NCBI GenBank assembly: GCA_046563655.1
Contig: CM102286.1
Span: forward strand, 9,052,001 to 9,116,000
Reading direction: 5' to 3'
Length of the DNA: 64,000 bases
Source: Yuukianura sp. NJ FZ-2021
Taxonomy: Eukaryota
Below are positions 52,483 to 64,000 of the stretch, in pieces. Each line of letters opens with the position of its first letter. Within the stretch, counting starts at the first letter, position 1. The notes beneath the pieces were generated by a model that was not told where the DNA came from, did no database searches, and saw only the letters and a program-made list of their open reading frames with translations. Made by a program: the position numbers and the translations under genes.

Positions 52483-53056
52483 GGTGTACGAACACCCTGG
52501 AAACGGGGGGTCAAAATGGGGCTGTAACTCGTCAAATGAAAAATGGTCTGGATCAGAGTAGGATGGTCGTAGAATGACCCACAATATATCAAACTTTAGA
52601 AAAAGACTTGACCTAGTATCCTGTTGAAAAAAAATTACAAAATTTTAGTTCTATCAATGTAAATATGGAGGTGGAATGTTTGGGTCAAATTTTTTCACAG
52701 TTAGAACTAAAATTTTGTAATTTTTTTTCAACAGGATACTAGATCAGGTCTTTTCCTAAAGTTTGATATATTGTGGGTCATTGTACGACCTTTCTACGCT
52801 GATCCCCACGATTTTTCATTTTCAATGTCGCAGTTTCAGAAAACTTATTTACAAAACCTAAACGACGGCAACCAAACTTGAGTCAGTATTTTGTTTGTTT
52901 GAAAGTTCATACTTTTTTGACCATCTTTGCACTGATCGTTTTTCAGATGAGTGTTTCTTTTTGTCGATATCTGCAACTTTTACTAACTACACAAGTTCGG
53001 TTATCGTGGTAACTAAATTTAACAACTGCTGTTAATTAGACGCATAGCACACGTCC
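52483..53056. mobile_element. Non-autonomous 574-bp DNA element flanked by TTAA, with a long internal inverted repeat
   Basis: TTAA at 52479-52482 and 53057-53060, versus a single TTAA in copies 2 and 4; termini GG...CC; inverted arms ~52534-52653 and ~52702-52821. Confidence 0.9.
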
Positions 53057-53135
53057 TTAAAATAATAGTTTATCACTCTTTCATAATAACAATAATAATA
53101 AATAATATTAAATTTTTAAAAAAAAAAACAAAAAA

Positions 53136-53396
53136 GTCATTCAGGGCTATCTGAGGAGTGAAAATTGCAAACCAAAATTATGCTTGTGAAAGCCAATCTG
53201 AAGTGTTCCAAGCTAAATTTTTCTCCGAAAAATCCATTTTTTTTTTCATTTAAAACTCACCAAAAAGTCATTCTGGGCTATCTGAGGAGTCAAAACTGCA
53301 AACCGAAATTATGCTTGTGAAAGCCCATCTGAAGTGTTCCAAGCTCAATTTTTCTCCGAAAAATCCATTCTTTTTTCATTTAAAACTCACAAAAAA
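53136..53396. repeat. ~130-bp satellite, 2-monomer spacer
   Basis: Two monomers between copies 3 and 4. Confidence 0.95.
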
Positions 53397-56300
53397 CTCA
53401 AACAAACAAATCATCAATTGCTTATCTCCTGGACAACATTGGGCCTTCACTAATTTTTCTTCGAAAAATTCCGAATTCACAATTATCATTCGCATAACCT
53501 TGACAACAACAACAAGTGAGAGAATGGAAAACTTCAGTTCAAACATTCATCCGAATCAAGACTCTCAAACCAACTTTACTTTTGACTGTTCGTCTGATCC
53601 CAATGTCGTTCAAAACGACCCAGAAACATCGATCCGTGACATTACAATCGTGGAGATTCCCGGAATCGGGTCATCATTAGATGACTGCGGATTGGGAGTT
53701 GACGATTCAGCCAGACATCAGACATTCTCCAATCGTACTTCTACTTCCGAGAATCGAAGCAAATCTGTAATTTCCAAACTAAGTGACGACTGGATCTCAA
53801 ACAATATCCGCCTTGTCTCCGGTGGCTTGATGAAAAAGCAGGAATTTAAAGACAAATACCACCGCTTTTGTGCAACAATTCATATCAAACCACTAGCTGA
53901 CACAACCATGGGTTCAAAACTTTTGAAGATATTTCCAAATATCACCAAAACAAGGGCGAGCGGACGGAAACACATTGAACAATCGTATCTTGGGATTACA
54001 TTTTTGGACCCCACTGCTCAATCATCATCTCCGGATCTTACTATTGGTTCACGACTCGCACTTTTGAAAAAATCAATTCAAATTCTCAAACACATCCCCA
54101 AGGGAGCTAGACAAGTTGTGGCATCCACACTCTCCGCCGTCATAGAACAAGTCGTTACCGAGAACTCCTCGGAATCGTGGGAAAGGCTTTTCTTTTTTCC
54201 ATATGCTGCACTACATCTTCCGAAAAAGAAGACCCTGTTCCAAATCTGACCAAATGGGTGAAGCCAAATGTCAACCGCTTCTCCTCCTCATCGTCTACGT
54301 TCTTCAACTCACCATCAACTCATAATCTCCCCCGCTACTTGCCATCATCCCAACACTGGAATTGTTCCAAACTCGTTCAATCTAAACTAGCGGACGGCGA
54401 CATTCGTGGATCCATTCGAGTTCTCTGTTCTGATGACTGTTTGGCATCGGATGACTCCTCCACTATTGAAGCCCTCCACGAGTTACACCCGGCTCATCCT
54501 CTACAAACCGTCATGCCAGACCCACCTTCTCCAACAAACATCATTTTCGAAGAAAGTGACATCCTGAAATCTATCTCTTCATTCCCAAATGGTTCTTCCG
54601 GTGGCCTTGACTCGCTTCGTCCTCAAATACTAAAAGAACTTACATCAAAATCATCAGGAGATGCAGGTTTAGCGCTGCTATCTTCAATTTCCAAGCTGTG
54701 CAATCTCATCGCTAATGATTCTCTTCCTGTCGACATCCGGCCTGTGTTCTTCGGTGCTTCCCTTATTGCGATTCAGAAGAAAAAGGTGGAATCCGGCCAA
54801 TTGCAATCGGCCTCACCTGGAGACGCCTAGTGTCGAAGCTAATCCTGTCGCGCTCAATGAACGCCATTTCGTCCATCCTACATCCAATTCACACAGGCGT
54901 CGGCGTCAAGAACGGAGCCGAAGCCGTGGCTCACGCTGCCAGGATCTTCTGCAACGCCAATCACGCCTCTCCCAAGGTTCTTCTGAAGTTGGATTTTCGA
55001 AACGCCTTTAATCTTATCAGAAGAGATCAAATGCTGAATGCTGTGAAAACTCACCTACCAGAAATCTTCAATTTCGTCTCTCAAGCATACTCGTTCGAAT
55101 CAGACCTCTTCTACAACTCTAGCTGCATCAAGTCCAAGTTAGGAGTCCAACAAGGTTGCCCATTGGGTCCTGCACTTTTCGCACTAACAATTCACCCACT
55201 AGCCGCATCCCTAACGACCGAATTCAATTCGTGGTACTTAGATGACGCGACAATTGGCGACTCTCCAGATGTTGTGCTCAAAAACCTCATAACCATCCAA
55301 TCTAGTGCCAGTTCTTTTGGTCTGCATTTGAACATGAAGAAATGCGAAGTAATCATTCTGTCTGCCGACCAGTCTGAACAAAAGTTAATCACCAACTCCT
55401 TCAAATCGATTTCGCCGGAGTTCGTCTTCCCCGAGAAAGGACAATCGGAACTGTTGGGAGCGCCTCTGTTCAAAGAATCTTCACGTCGTATCCTCAAATC
55501 TAAAACTGATGACTTCAACAGACTTTCATCAAGACTCTCTTGCCTGCCAGCCCATGTAGCGTTTTTTCTACTTAGGGCATCAATTTCAACACCAAGACTT
55601 CTGTACTTTGTCAGATGTTCTCCTGCATTCCTCGAACCTGACCTCCTACAAGCTTACGACTCAGCTTTACGCACCGTGTTGGAATCCATCCTGAACTCAA
55701 GTTTGAATGAAGAAGCATGGTTGCAGTCTTCTTTGCCTGTGAATCAAGGGGTTTAGGCATTCGCCACGCGACGGACTGTGCTACATTTTCCTTTTTGGCT
55801 TCAGTCTATAGTTGTGCCGAACTAATTTCTACCTTCCTTCCACCACATCTTTCGCCTTTCGATAAGTCAGTGGACCTTGCTTCCCTCAGTTGGTCAAATT
55901 TGGACTTCATAACGCCGCAAGATGGAAAAATACAAAAACTCTGGGAAATTCAGATCTTCGAAAAAATCTACTCCAACCTGCTGGAGAAATCAACCACTCC
56001 CATCGATAAAGCACGACTGCTTGCTTCAGCCGCCCCTCATTCTGGAGATTGGCTACTGGCTATTCCATCTTCGCCTCTTGGGACGCTCCTTTCAGACGAA
56101 ACCTTCAGAATTTCTTGTGGATTGCGGCTAGGCACCGAAATTTGCCAACCTCATCGATGTCCATGCGGAACTTCGGTATCAAGCAACGGCTTGCACGGCC
56201 TAAGCTGTACGAGAAGTGCAGGCAGACATTCAAGACACGCCGCTGTAAACGACATCATTTCAAGATCGCTTCAAACAAGTGGAATACCATGTATGAAAGG

Positions 56301-56871
56301 ACCTTCCGGCTGTTCCAGAACTGATGGAAAGCGACCTGATGGAATCACTCTCATTCCTTGGAAGTCCGGTCGCTCCCTTGCCTGGGACTTTACCTGCCGT
56401 GACACCTTCGCTGCGTCCTACCTAGCAACATCATCATCCGTTCTCGGTCATCCTGCTGCCGTTGCTGAAATCCATAAGCATGACCTCTACCGTGACCTTG
56501 ATCATCGATTTATTGTTTCCATCATTGCAGTCGAGACAACTGGAGTCTACGGGGAAGAAGGCCGACGTCTACTCAATTCCATTAGACATCGCCTCTCAGA
56601 AGCCACCGGTGACAATCGAGCAACATCCTTCCTCTTTCAACGAATTAGCCTTGCCATCCAAAGAGGAAATGCCACTTCTATATTGGGTACCCTACCGTCA
56701 GGAAAAGAAATCTACGAAATTTATATGATTTAAAAATTTTTTCAATACGTCTTTAAATACCTCAACCTGCCTCTGGCAGGTGTAAGTTTTTTCAGTTCTT
56801 AAAATAATAGTTTATCACTCTTTCATAATAACAATAATAATAAATAATATTAAATTTTTAAAAAAAAAAAA
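53397..56871 (+). mobile_element. CRE retrotransposon copy 4, full length
   Basis: Same junctions as copy 2; poly(A) followed by CAAAAAAGTCATTCAGGG. Confidence 0.95.
53524..56733 (+). pseudogene. RT/RLE polyprotein of copy 4; three frameshifts as assembled (possibly sequencing errors)
   Basis: ORF pieces 53311-54249, 54177-54830, 54830-55756 and 55717-56733. Confidence 0.75.
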
Positions 56872-56878
56872 CAAAAAA

Positions 56879-59800
56879 GTCATTCAGGGCTATCTGAGGA
56901 GTGAAAATTGCAAACCAAAATTATGCTTGTGAAAGCCAATCTGAGGAGTCAAAATTGAATTGAGAGTCAAAATTGAGAGTCAAACCGAAATTATGCTTCT
57001 GAAAGCCCATCTGAAGTGTTCCAAGCTAAATTTTTCTCTGAAAAATCCATTTTTTTTTTCATTTAAAACTCACCAAAAAGTCATTCTGGGCTATCTGAGG
57101 AGTCAAAACTGCAAACCGAAATTATGCTTGTGAATGCCCATCTGAAGTGTTCCAAGCTCAATTTTTCTCCGAAAAATCCATTTTTTTTTCATTTAAAACT
57201 CACCAAAAGGTCATTCTGGGCTATCTGAGGAGTCAAAATTGCAAACCGAAATTATGCTTGTGAAAGCCCATCTGAAGTGTTCCAAGCTCAATTTTTCTCC
57301 GAAATATCCATTTTTTTTTATTTAAAACTCACCAAAAAGTCATTCTGGGCTATCTGAGATGTCAAAATTGCAAAACGAAATTATGCTTGTGAAAGAGAAT
57401 CTGAAGTGTTCCAAGCTAAATTTTTCTCCGAAAAATCCATTTTTTTTTCATTTAAAACTCACCAAAAGGTCATTCTGGGCTATCTGAGGAGTCAAAACTG
57501 CAAACCGAAATTATGCTTGTGAAAGCCCATCTGAAGTGTTCCAAGCTCAATTTTTCTCCGAAAAATCCATTCTTTTTCATTTATAACTCACCAAAAAGTC
57601 ATTCTGGGCTATCTGAGATGTCAAAATTGCAAACCGAAATTATGCTTGTGAAAGCCAATCTGAAGTGTTCCAAGCTAAATTTTTCTCCGAAAAATCCATT
57701 TTTTTTTCATTTAAAACTCACCAAAAGGTCATTCTGGGCTATCTGAGGAGTCAAAACTGCAAACCGAAATTATGCTTGTGAAAGCCCATCTGAAGTGTTC
57801 CAAGCTCAATTTTTCTCCGAAAAATCCATTCTTTTTTCATTTAAAACTCACAAAAAAGTCATTCAGGGCTATCTGAGGAGTGAAAATTGCAAACCAAAAT
57901 TATGCTTGTGAAAGCCAATCTGAGGAGTCAAAATTGAATTGAGAGTCAAAATTGAGAGTCAAACCGAAATTATGCTTCTGAAAGCCCATCTGAAGTGTTC
58001 CAAGCTAAATTTTTCTCTGAAAAATCCATTATTTTTTCATTTAAAACTCACCAAAAAGTCATTCTGGGCTATCTGAGGAGTCAAAACTGCAAACCGAAAT
58101 TATGCTTGTGAAAGCCCATCTGAAGTGTTCCAAGCTCAATTTTTCTCCGAAAAATCCATTTTTTTTCATTTAAAACTCACCAAAAGGTCATTCTGGGCTA
58201 TCTGACTAGTCAAAATTGCAAACCGAAATTATGCTTGTGAAAGCCCATCTGAAGTGTTCCAAGCTCAATTTTTCTCCGAAAAATCCATTTTTTTCATTTA
58301 AAACTCACCAAAAAGTCATTCTGGGCTATCTGAGATGTCAAAATTGCAAAACGAAATTATGCTTGTGAAAGAGAATCTGAAGTGTTCCAAGCTAAATTTT
58401 TCTCCGAAAAATCCATTTTTTTTTCATTTAAAACTCACCAAAAGGTCATTCTGGGCTATCTGAGGAGTCAAAACTGCAAACCGAAATTATGCTTGTGAAA
58501 GCCCATCTGAAGTGTTCCAAGCTCAATTTTTCTCCGAAAAATCCATTCTTTTTTCATTTAAAACACACAAAAAAGTCATTCAGGGCTATCTGAGGAGTGA
58601 AAATTGCAAACCAAAATTATGCTTGTGAAAGCCAATCTGAGGAGTCAAAATTGAATTGAGAGTCAAAATTGAGAGTCAAACCGAAATTATGCTTCTGAAA
58701 GCCCATCTGAAGTGTTCCAATCTAAATTTTTCTCTGAAAAATCCATTTTTTTTTTCATTTAAAACTCACCAAAAAGTCATTCTGGGCTATCTGAGGAGTC
58801 AAAACTGCAAACCGAAATTATGCTTGTGAAAGCCCATCTGAAGTGTTCCAAGCTCAATTTTTCTCCGAAAAATCCATTTTTTTCATTTAAAACTCACCAA
58901 AAGGTCATTCGGGGCTATCTGAGGAGTCAAAATTGCAAACCGAAATTATGCTTGTGAAAGAAAATCTGAAGTGTTCCAAGCTAAATTTTTCTCCGAAAAA
59001 TCCATTTTTTTTTCATTTAAAACTCACCAAAAGGTCATTCTGGGCTATCTGAGGAGTCAAAATTGCAAACCGAAATTATGCTTGTGAAAGCCCATCTGAA
59101 GTGTTCCAAGCTCAATTTTTCTCCGAAAAATCCATTTTTTTTCATTTAAAACTCACAAAAAAGTCATTCAGGGCTATCTGAGGAGTGAAAATTGCAAACC
59201 AAAATTATGCTTGTGAAAGCCAATCTGAGGAGTCAAAATTGAATTGAGAGTCAAAATTGAGAGTCAAACCGAAATTATGCTTGTGAAAGCCCATCTGAAG
59301 TGTTCCAACCTAAATTTTTCTCTGAAAAATCCATTCTTTTTCATTTAAAACTCACCAAAAAGTCATTCTGGGCTATCTGAGGAGTCAAAACTGCAAACCG
59401 AAATTATGCTTGTGAAAGCCCATCTGAAGTGTTCCAAGCTCAATTTTTCTCCGAAAAATCCATTTTTTTCATTTAAAACTCACCAAAAGGTCATTCGGGG
59501 CTATCTGAGGAGTCAAAATTGCAAACCGAAATTATGCTTGTGAAAGAAAATCTGAAGTGTTCCAAGCTAAATTTTTCTCCGAAAAATCCATTTTTTTTTC
59601 ATTTAAAACTCACCAAAAGGTCATTCTGGGCTATCTGAGGAGTCAAAACTGCAAACCGAAATTATGCTTGTGAAAGCCCATCTGAAGTGTTCCAAGCTCA
59701 ATTTTTCTCCGAAAAATCCATTCTTTTTTCATTTAAAACTCACAAAAAAGTCATTCAGGGCTATCTGAGGAGTGAAAATTGCAAACCAAAATTATGTTTG

Positions 59801-62800
59801 TGAAAGCCAATCTGAAGTGTTCCAAGCTAAATTTTTCTCCGAAAAATCCATTTTTTTTTCATTTAAAACTCACCAAAAAGTCATTCTGGGCTATCTGAGG
59901 AGTCAAAATTGCAAACCGAAATTATGCTTGTGAAAGCCCATCTGAAGTGTTCCAAGCTCAATTTTTCTCCGAAAAATCCATTTTTTTTTCATTTAAAACT
60001 CACCAAAAGGTCATTCTGGGCTATCTGAGGAGTCAAAATTGCAAACCGAAATTATGCTTGTGAAAGCCCATCTGAAGTGTTCCAAGCTCAATTTTTCTCC
60101 GAAAAATCCATTTTTTTTTCATTTAAAACTCACCAAAAAGTCATTCTGGGCTATCTGAGATGTCAAAATTGCAAAACGAAATTATGCTTGTGAAAGAGAA
60201 TCTGAAGTGTTCCAAGCTAAATTTTTCTCCAAAAAATCATTTCTTTCATTTAAAACTCACCAAAAGGTCATTCTGGGCTATCTGAGGAGTCAAAACTGCA
60301 AACCGAAATTATGCTTGTGAAAGCCCATCTGAAGTGTTCCAAGCTCAATTTTTCTCCGAAAAATCCATTCTTTTTTCATTTAAAACTCACAAAAAAGTCA
60401 TTCAGGGCTATCTGAGGAGTGAAAATTGCAAACCAAAATTATGCTTGTGAAAGCCAATCTGAAGTGTTCCAAGCTAAATTTTTCTCTGAAAAATCCATTT
60501 TTTTTTCATTTAAAACTCACCAAAAAGTCATTCTGGGCTATCTGAGGAGTCAAAATTGCAAACCGAAATTATGCTTGTGAAAGCCCATCTGAAGTGTTCC
60601 AAGCTCAATTTTTCTCCGAAAAATCCATTTTTTTTTCATTTAAAACTCACCAAAAAGTCATTCTGGGCTATGTGAGATGTCAAAATTGCAAACTGAAATT
60701 ATGCTTGTGAACGCCCATCTGAAGTGTTCCAAGCTCAATTTTTCTCCGAAAAATCCATTTTTTTCATTTAAAACTCACCAAAAGGTCATTCGGGGCTATC
60801 TGAGGAGTCAAAATTGCAAACCGAAATTATGCTTGTGAAAGAAAATCTGAAGTGTTCCAAGCTAAATTTTTCTCCGAAAAATCCATTTTTTTTTATTTAA
60901 AACTCACCAAAAGGTCATTCTGGGCTATCTGAGGAGTCAAAATTGCAAACCGAAATTATGCCCATCTGAAGTGTTCCAAGCTCAATTTTTCTCCGAAAAA
61001 TCCATTCTTTCTTCATTTAAAACTCACAAAAAAGTCATTCAGGGCTATCTGAGGAGTGAAAATTGCAAACCAAAATTATGTTTGTGAAAGCCAATCTGAA
61101 GTGTTCCAAGCTAAATTTTTCTCCGAAAAATCCATTTTTTTTTCATTTAAAACTCACCAAAAAGTCATTCTGGGCTATCTGAGGAGTCAAAATTGCAAAC
61201 CGAAATTATGCTTGTGAAAGCCCATCTGAAGTGTTCCAAGCTCAATTTTTCTCCGAAAAATCCATTTTTTCATTTAAAACTCATCAAAAAGTCATTCTGG
61301 GCTATGTGAGATGTCAAAATTGCAAACTGAAATTATGCTTGTGAACGCCCATCTGAAGTGTTCCAAGCTCAATTTTTCTCCGAAAAATCCATTTTTTCAT
61401 TTAAAACTCACCAAAAAGTCATTCTGGGCTATCTGAGGAGTCAAAATTGCAAACCGAAATTATGCTTCTGAAAGCCCATCTGAAGTGTTCCAAGCTAACT
61501 TTTTCTCCGAAAAATCCATTTTTTTCATTTAAAACTCACCAAAAAGTCATTCTGGGCTATCTGAGGAGTCAAAACTGCAAACCGAAATTATGCTTGTGAA
61601 AGCCCATCTGAAGTGTTCCAAGCTCAATTTTTCTCCGAAAAATCCATTTTTTTTTCATTTAAAACTCACCAAAAAGTCATTCTGGGCTATCTGAGGAGTC
61701 AAAACTGCAAACCGAAATTATGCTTGTGAAAGCCCATCTGAAGTGTTCCAAGCTCAATTTTTCTCCGAAAAATCCATTTTTTTTCATTTAAAACTCACCA
61801 AAAGGTCATTCTGGGCTATCTGAGGAGTCAAAATTGCAAACCGAAATTATGCTTGTGAAAGCCCATCTGAAGTGTTCCAAGCTCAATTTTTCTCCGAAAA
61901 ATCCATTTTTTTTTCATTTAAAACTCACCAAAAAGTCATTCTGGGCTATCTGAGAAGTCAAAATTGCAAACCGAGATTATGCTTGTGAAAGAAAATCTGA
62001 AGTGTCCCAAGCTCAATTTTTCTCCGAAAATCCATTTTTTTTTTCATTTAAAACTCACAAAAAAGTCATTCAGGGCTATCTGAGGAGTGAAAATTGCAAA
62101 CCAAAATTATGCTTGTGAAAGCCAATCTGAAGTGTTCCAAGCTAAATTTTTCTCTGAAAAATCCATTTTTTTTCATTTAAAACTCACCAAAAAGTCATTC
62201 TGGGCTATCTGAGGAGTTAAAATTGCAAACCGAAATTATGCTTGTGAAAGCCCATCTGAAGTGTTCCAAGCTCAATTTTTCTCCGAAAAATCCATTTTTT
62301 TTTCATTTAAAACTCACCAAAAGGTCATTCTGGGCTATCTGAGGAGTCAAAATTGCAAACCGAAATTATGCTTGTGAAAGCCCATCTGAAGTGTTCCAAG
62401 CTCAATTTTTCTCCGAAAAATCCATTTTTTTTTCATTTAAAACTCACCAAAAAGTCATTCTGGGCTATCTGAGTCAAAATTGCAAACCGAAATTATGCTT
62501 GTGAAAGAAAATCTGAAGTGTTCCAAGCTAAATTTTTCTCCGAAAAATCCATTCTTTTTCATTTATAACTCACCAAAAAGTCATTCAGGGCTATCTGAGG
62601 AGTGAAAATTGCAAACCAAAATTATGCTTGTGAAAGCCAATCTGAAGTGTTCCAAGCTAAATTTTTCTCTGAAAAATCCATTTTTTTTCATTTAAAACTC
62701 ACCAAAAAGTCATTCTGGGCTATCTGAGGAGTTAAAATTGCAAACCGAAATTATGCTTGTGAAAGCCCATCTGAAGTGTTCCAAGCTCAATTTTTCTCCG

Positions 62801-64000
62801 AAAAATCCATTTTTTTCATTTAAAACTCATCAAAAAGTCATTCTGGGCTATGTGAGATGTCAAAATTGCAAACTGAAATTATGCTTGTGAACGCCCATCT
62901 GAAGTGTTCCAAGCTCAATTTTTCTCCGAAAAATCCATTTTTTTCATTTAAAACTCACCAAAAAGTCATTCTGGGCTATCTGACGAGTCAAAATTGCAAA
63001 CCGAAATTATGCTTCTGAAAGCCCATCTGAAGTGTTCCAAGCTCACTTTTTCTCCGAAAAATCCATTTTTTTCATTTAAAACTCACCAAAAAGTCATTCT
63101 GGGCTATCTGAGGAGTCAAAACTGCAAACCGAAATTATGCTTGTGAAAGCCCATCTGAAGTGTTCCAAGCTCAATTTTCTCCGAAAAATCCATTTTTTTT
63201 CATTTAAAACTCACCAAAAAGTCATTCTGGGCTATCTGAGGAGTCAAAACTGCAAACCGAAATTATGCTTGTGAAAGCCCATCTGAAGTGTTCCAAGCTC
63301 AATTTTTCTCCGAAAAATCCATTTTTTTTTCATTTAAAACTCACCAAAAGGTCATTCTGGGCTATCTGAGGAGTCAAAATTGCAAACCGAAATTATGCTT
63401 GTGAAAGCCCATCTGAAGTGTTCCAAGCTCAATTTTTCTCCGAAAAATCCATTTTTTTTTCATTTAAAACTCACCAAAAAGTCATTCTGGGCTATCTGAG
63501 ATGTCAAAATTGCAAAACGAAATTATGCTTGTGAAAGAGAATCTGAAGTGTTCCAAGCTAAATTTTTCTCCGAAAAATCCATTTTTTTTCATTTAAAACT
63601 CACAAAAAAGTCATTCAGGGCTATCTGAGGAGTGAAAATTGCAAACCAAAATTATGCTTGTGAAAGCCAATCTGAAGTGTTCCAAGCTAAATTTTTCTCT
63701 GAAAAATCCATTTTTTTCATTTAAAACTCACCAAAAAGTCATTCTGGGCTATCTGAGGAGTTAAAATTGCAAACCGAAATTATGCTTGTGAAAGCCCATC
63801 TGAAGTGTTCCAAGCTCAATTTTTCTCCGAAAAATCCATTTTTTTCATTTAAAACTCACCAAAAGGTCATTCTGGGCTATCTGAGGAGTCAAAATTGCAA
63901 ACCGAAATTATGCTTGTGAAAGCCCATCTGAAGTGTTCCAAGCTCAATTTTTCTCCGAAAAATCCATTTTTTTCATTTAAAACTCACCAAAAAGTCATTC
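56879..64000. repeat. ~130-bp satellite array, ~55 monomers, continuing past the window end
   Basis: Period 130 (TCATTCTGGG at 59881, 60011, 60141); rich in A/T tracts; several recurring monomer variants. Confidence 0.98.

Larger units (their letters stand above)
49076..53128 (+). mobile_element. CRE retrotransposon copy 3, full length, with a nested insertion in the 3' UTR
   Basis: Same 5' and 3' junctions as copy 2; extra 574 bp plus a duplicated TTAA in the UTR. Confidence 0.95.

Noticed and set aside
42729..56728. Antisense and alternate-frame ORFs overlapping the RT gene (108, 91, 88, 69 aa)
   Set aside because: Shadow ORFs, repeated only because the element is repeated; no motifs.
4192..64000. 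Tandem units as 5S rRNA, tRNA, snRNA or spliced-leader RNA genes (classic CRE/R2 targets)
   Set aside because: I could not recognise 5S, tRNA A/B box, U snRNA or known SL sequences in any of the three monomers. A divergent SL RNA cannot be excluded without an Rfam or transcript 5'-end search.

Overview
Eukaryotic (probably invertebrate animal) heterochromatic window with no recognisable host gene. About 4.2 kb of mixed transposon debris comes first: short palindromic tandem repeats, Helentron/HINE-like termini and a 5'-truncated CRE retrotransposon. Next are a 222-bp satellite array (~4.2-21.1 kb), a 373-bp satellite array (~21.1-39.4 kb) and a 100-N gap. The rest is a ~130-bp satellite array holding five near-identical, head-to-tail copies or fragments of a ~3.5-kb CRE-clade non-LTR retrotransposon (RT + zinc knuckle + restriction-like endonuclease); every visible terminus lies at the same site of one monomer variant. 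The most striking feature is the element's N-terminus: it has no C2H2 zinc fingers but aligns without gaps to the RFX-type winged-helix DNA-binding domain. A palindrome in its 5' leader is nearly identical to one in the host satellite, suggesting a possibly undescribed satellite-associated, winged-helix CRE lineage. One copy carries a 574-bp TTAA-flanked, TIR-less foldback insertion. The 222/373 junction and the ORF frameshifts look like long-read assembly artefacts. All calls were made by eye; no searches were run.
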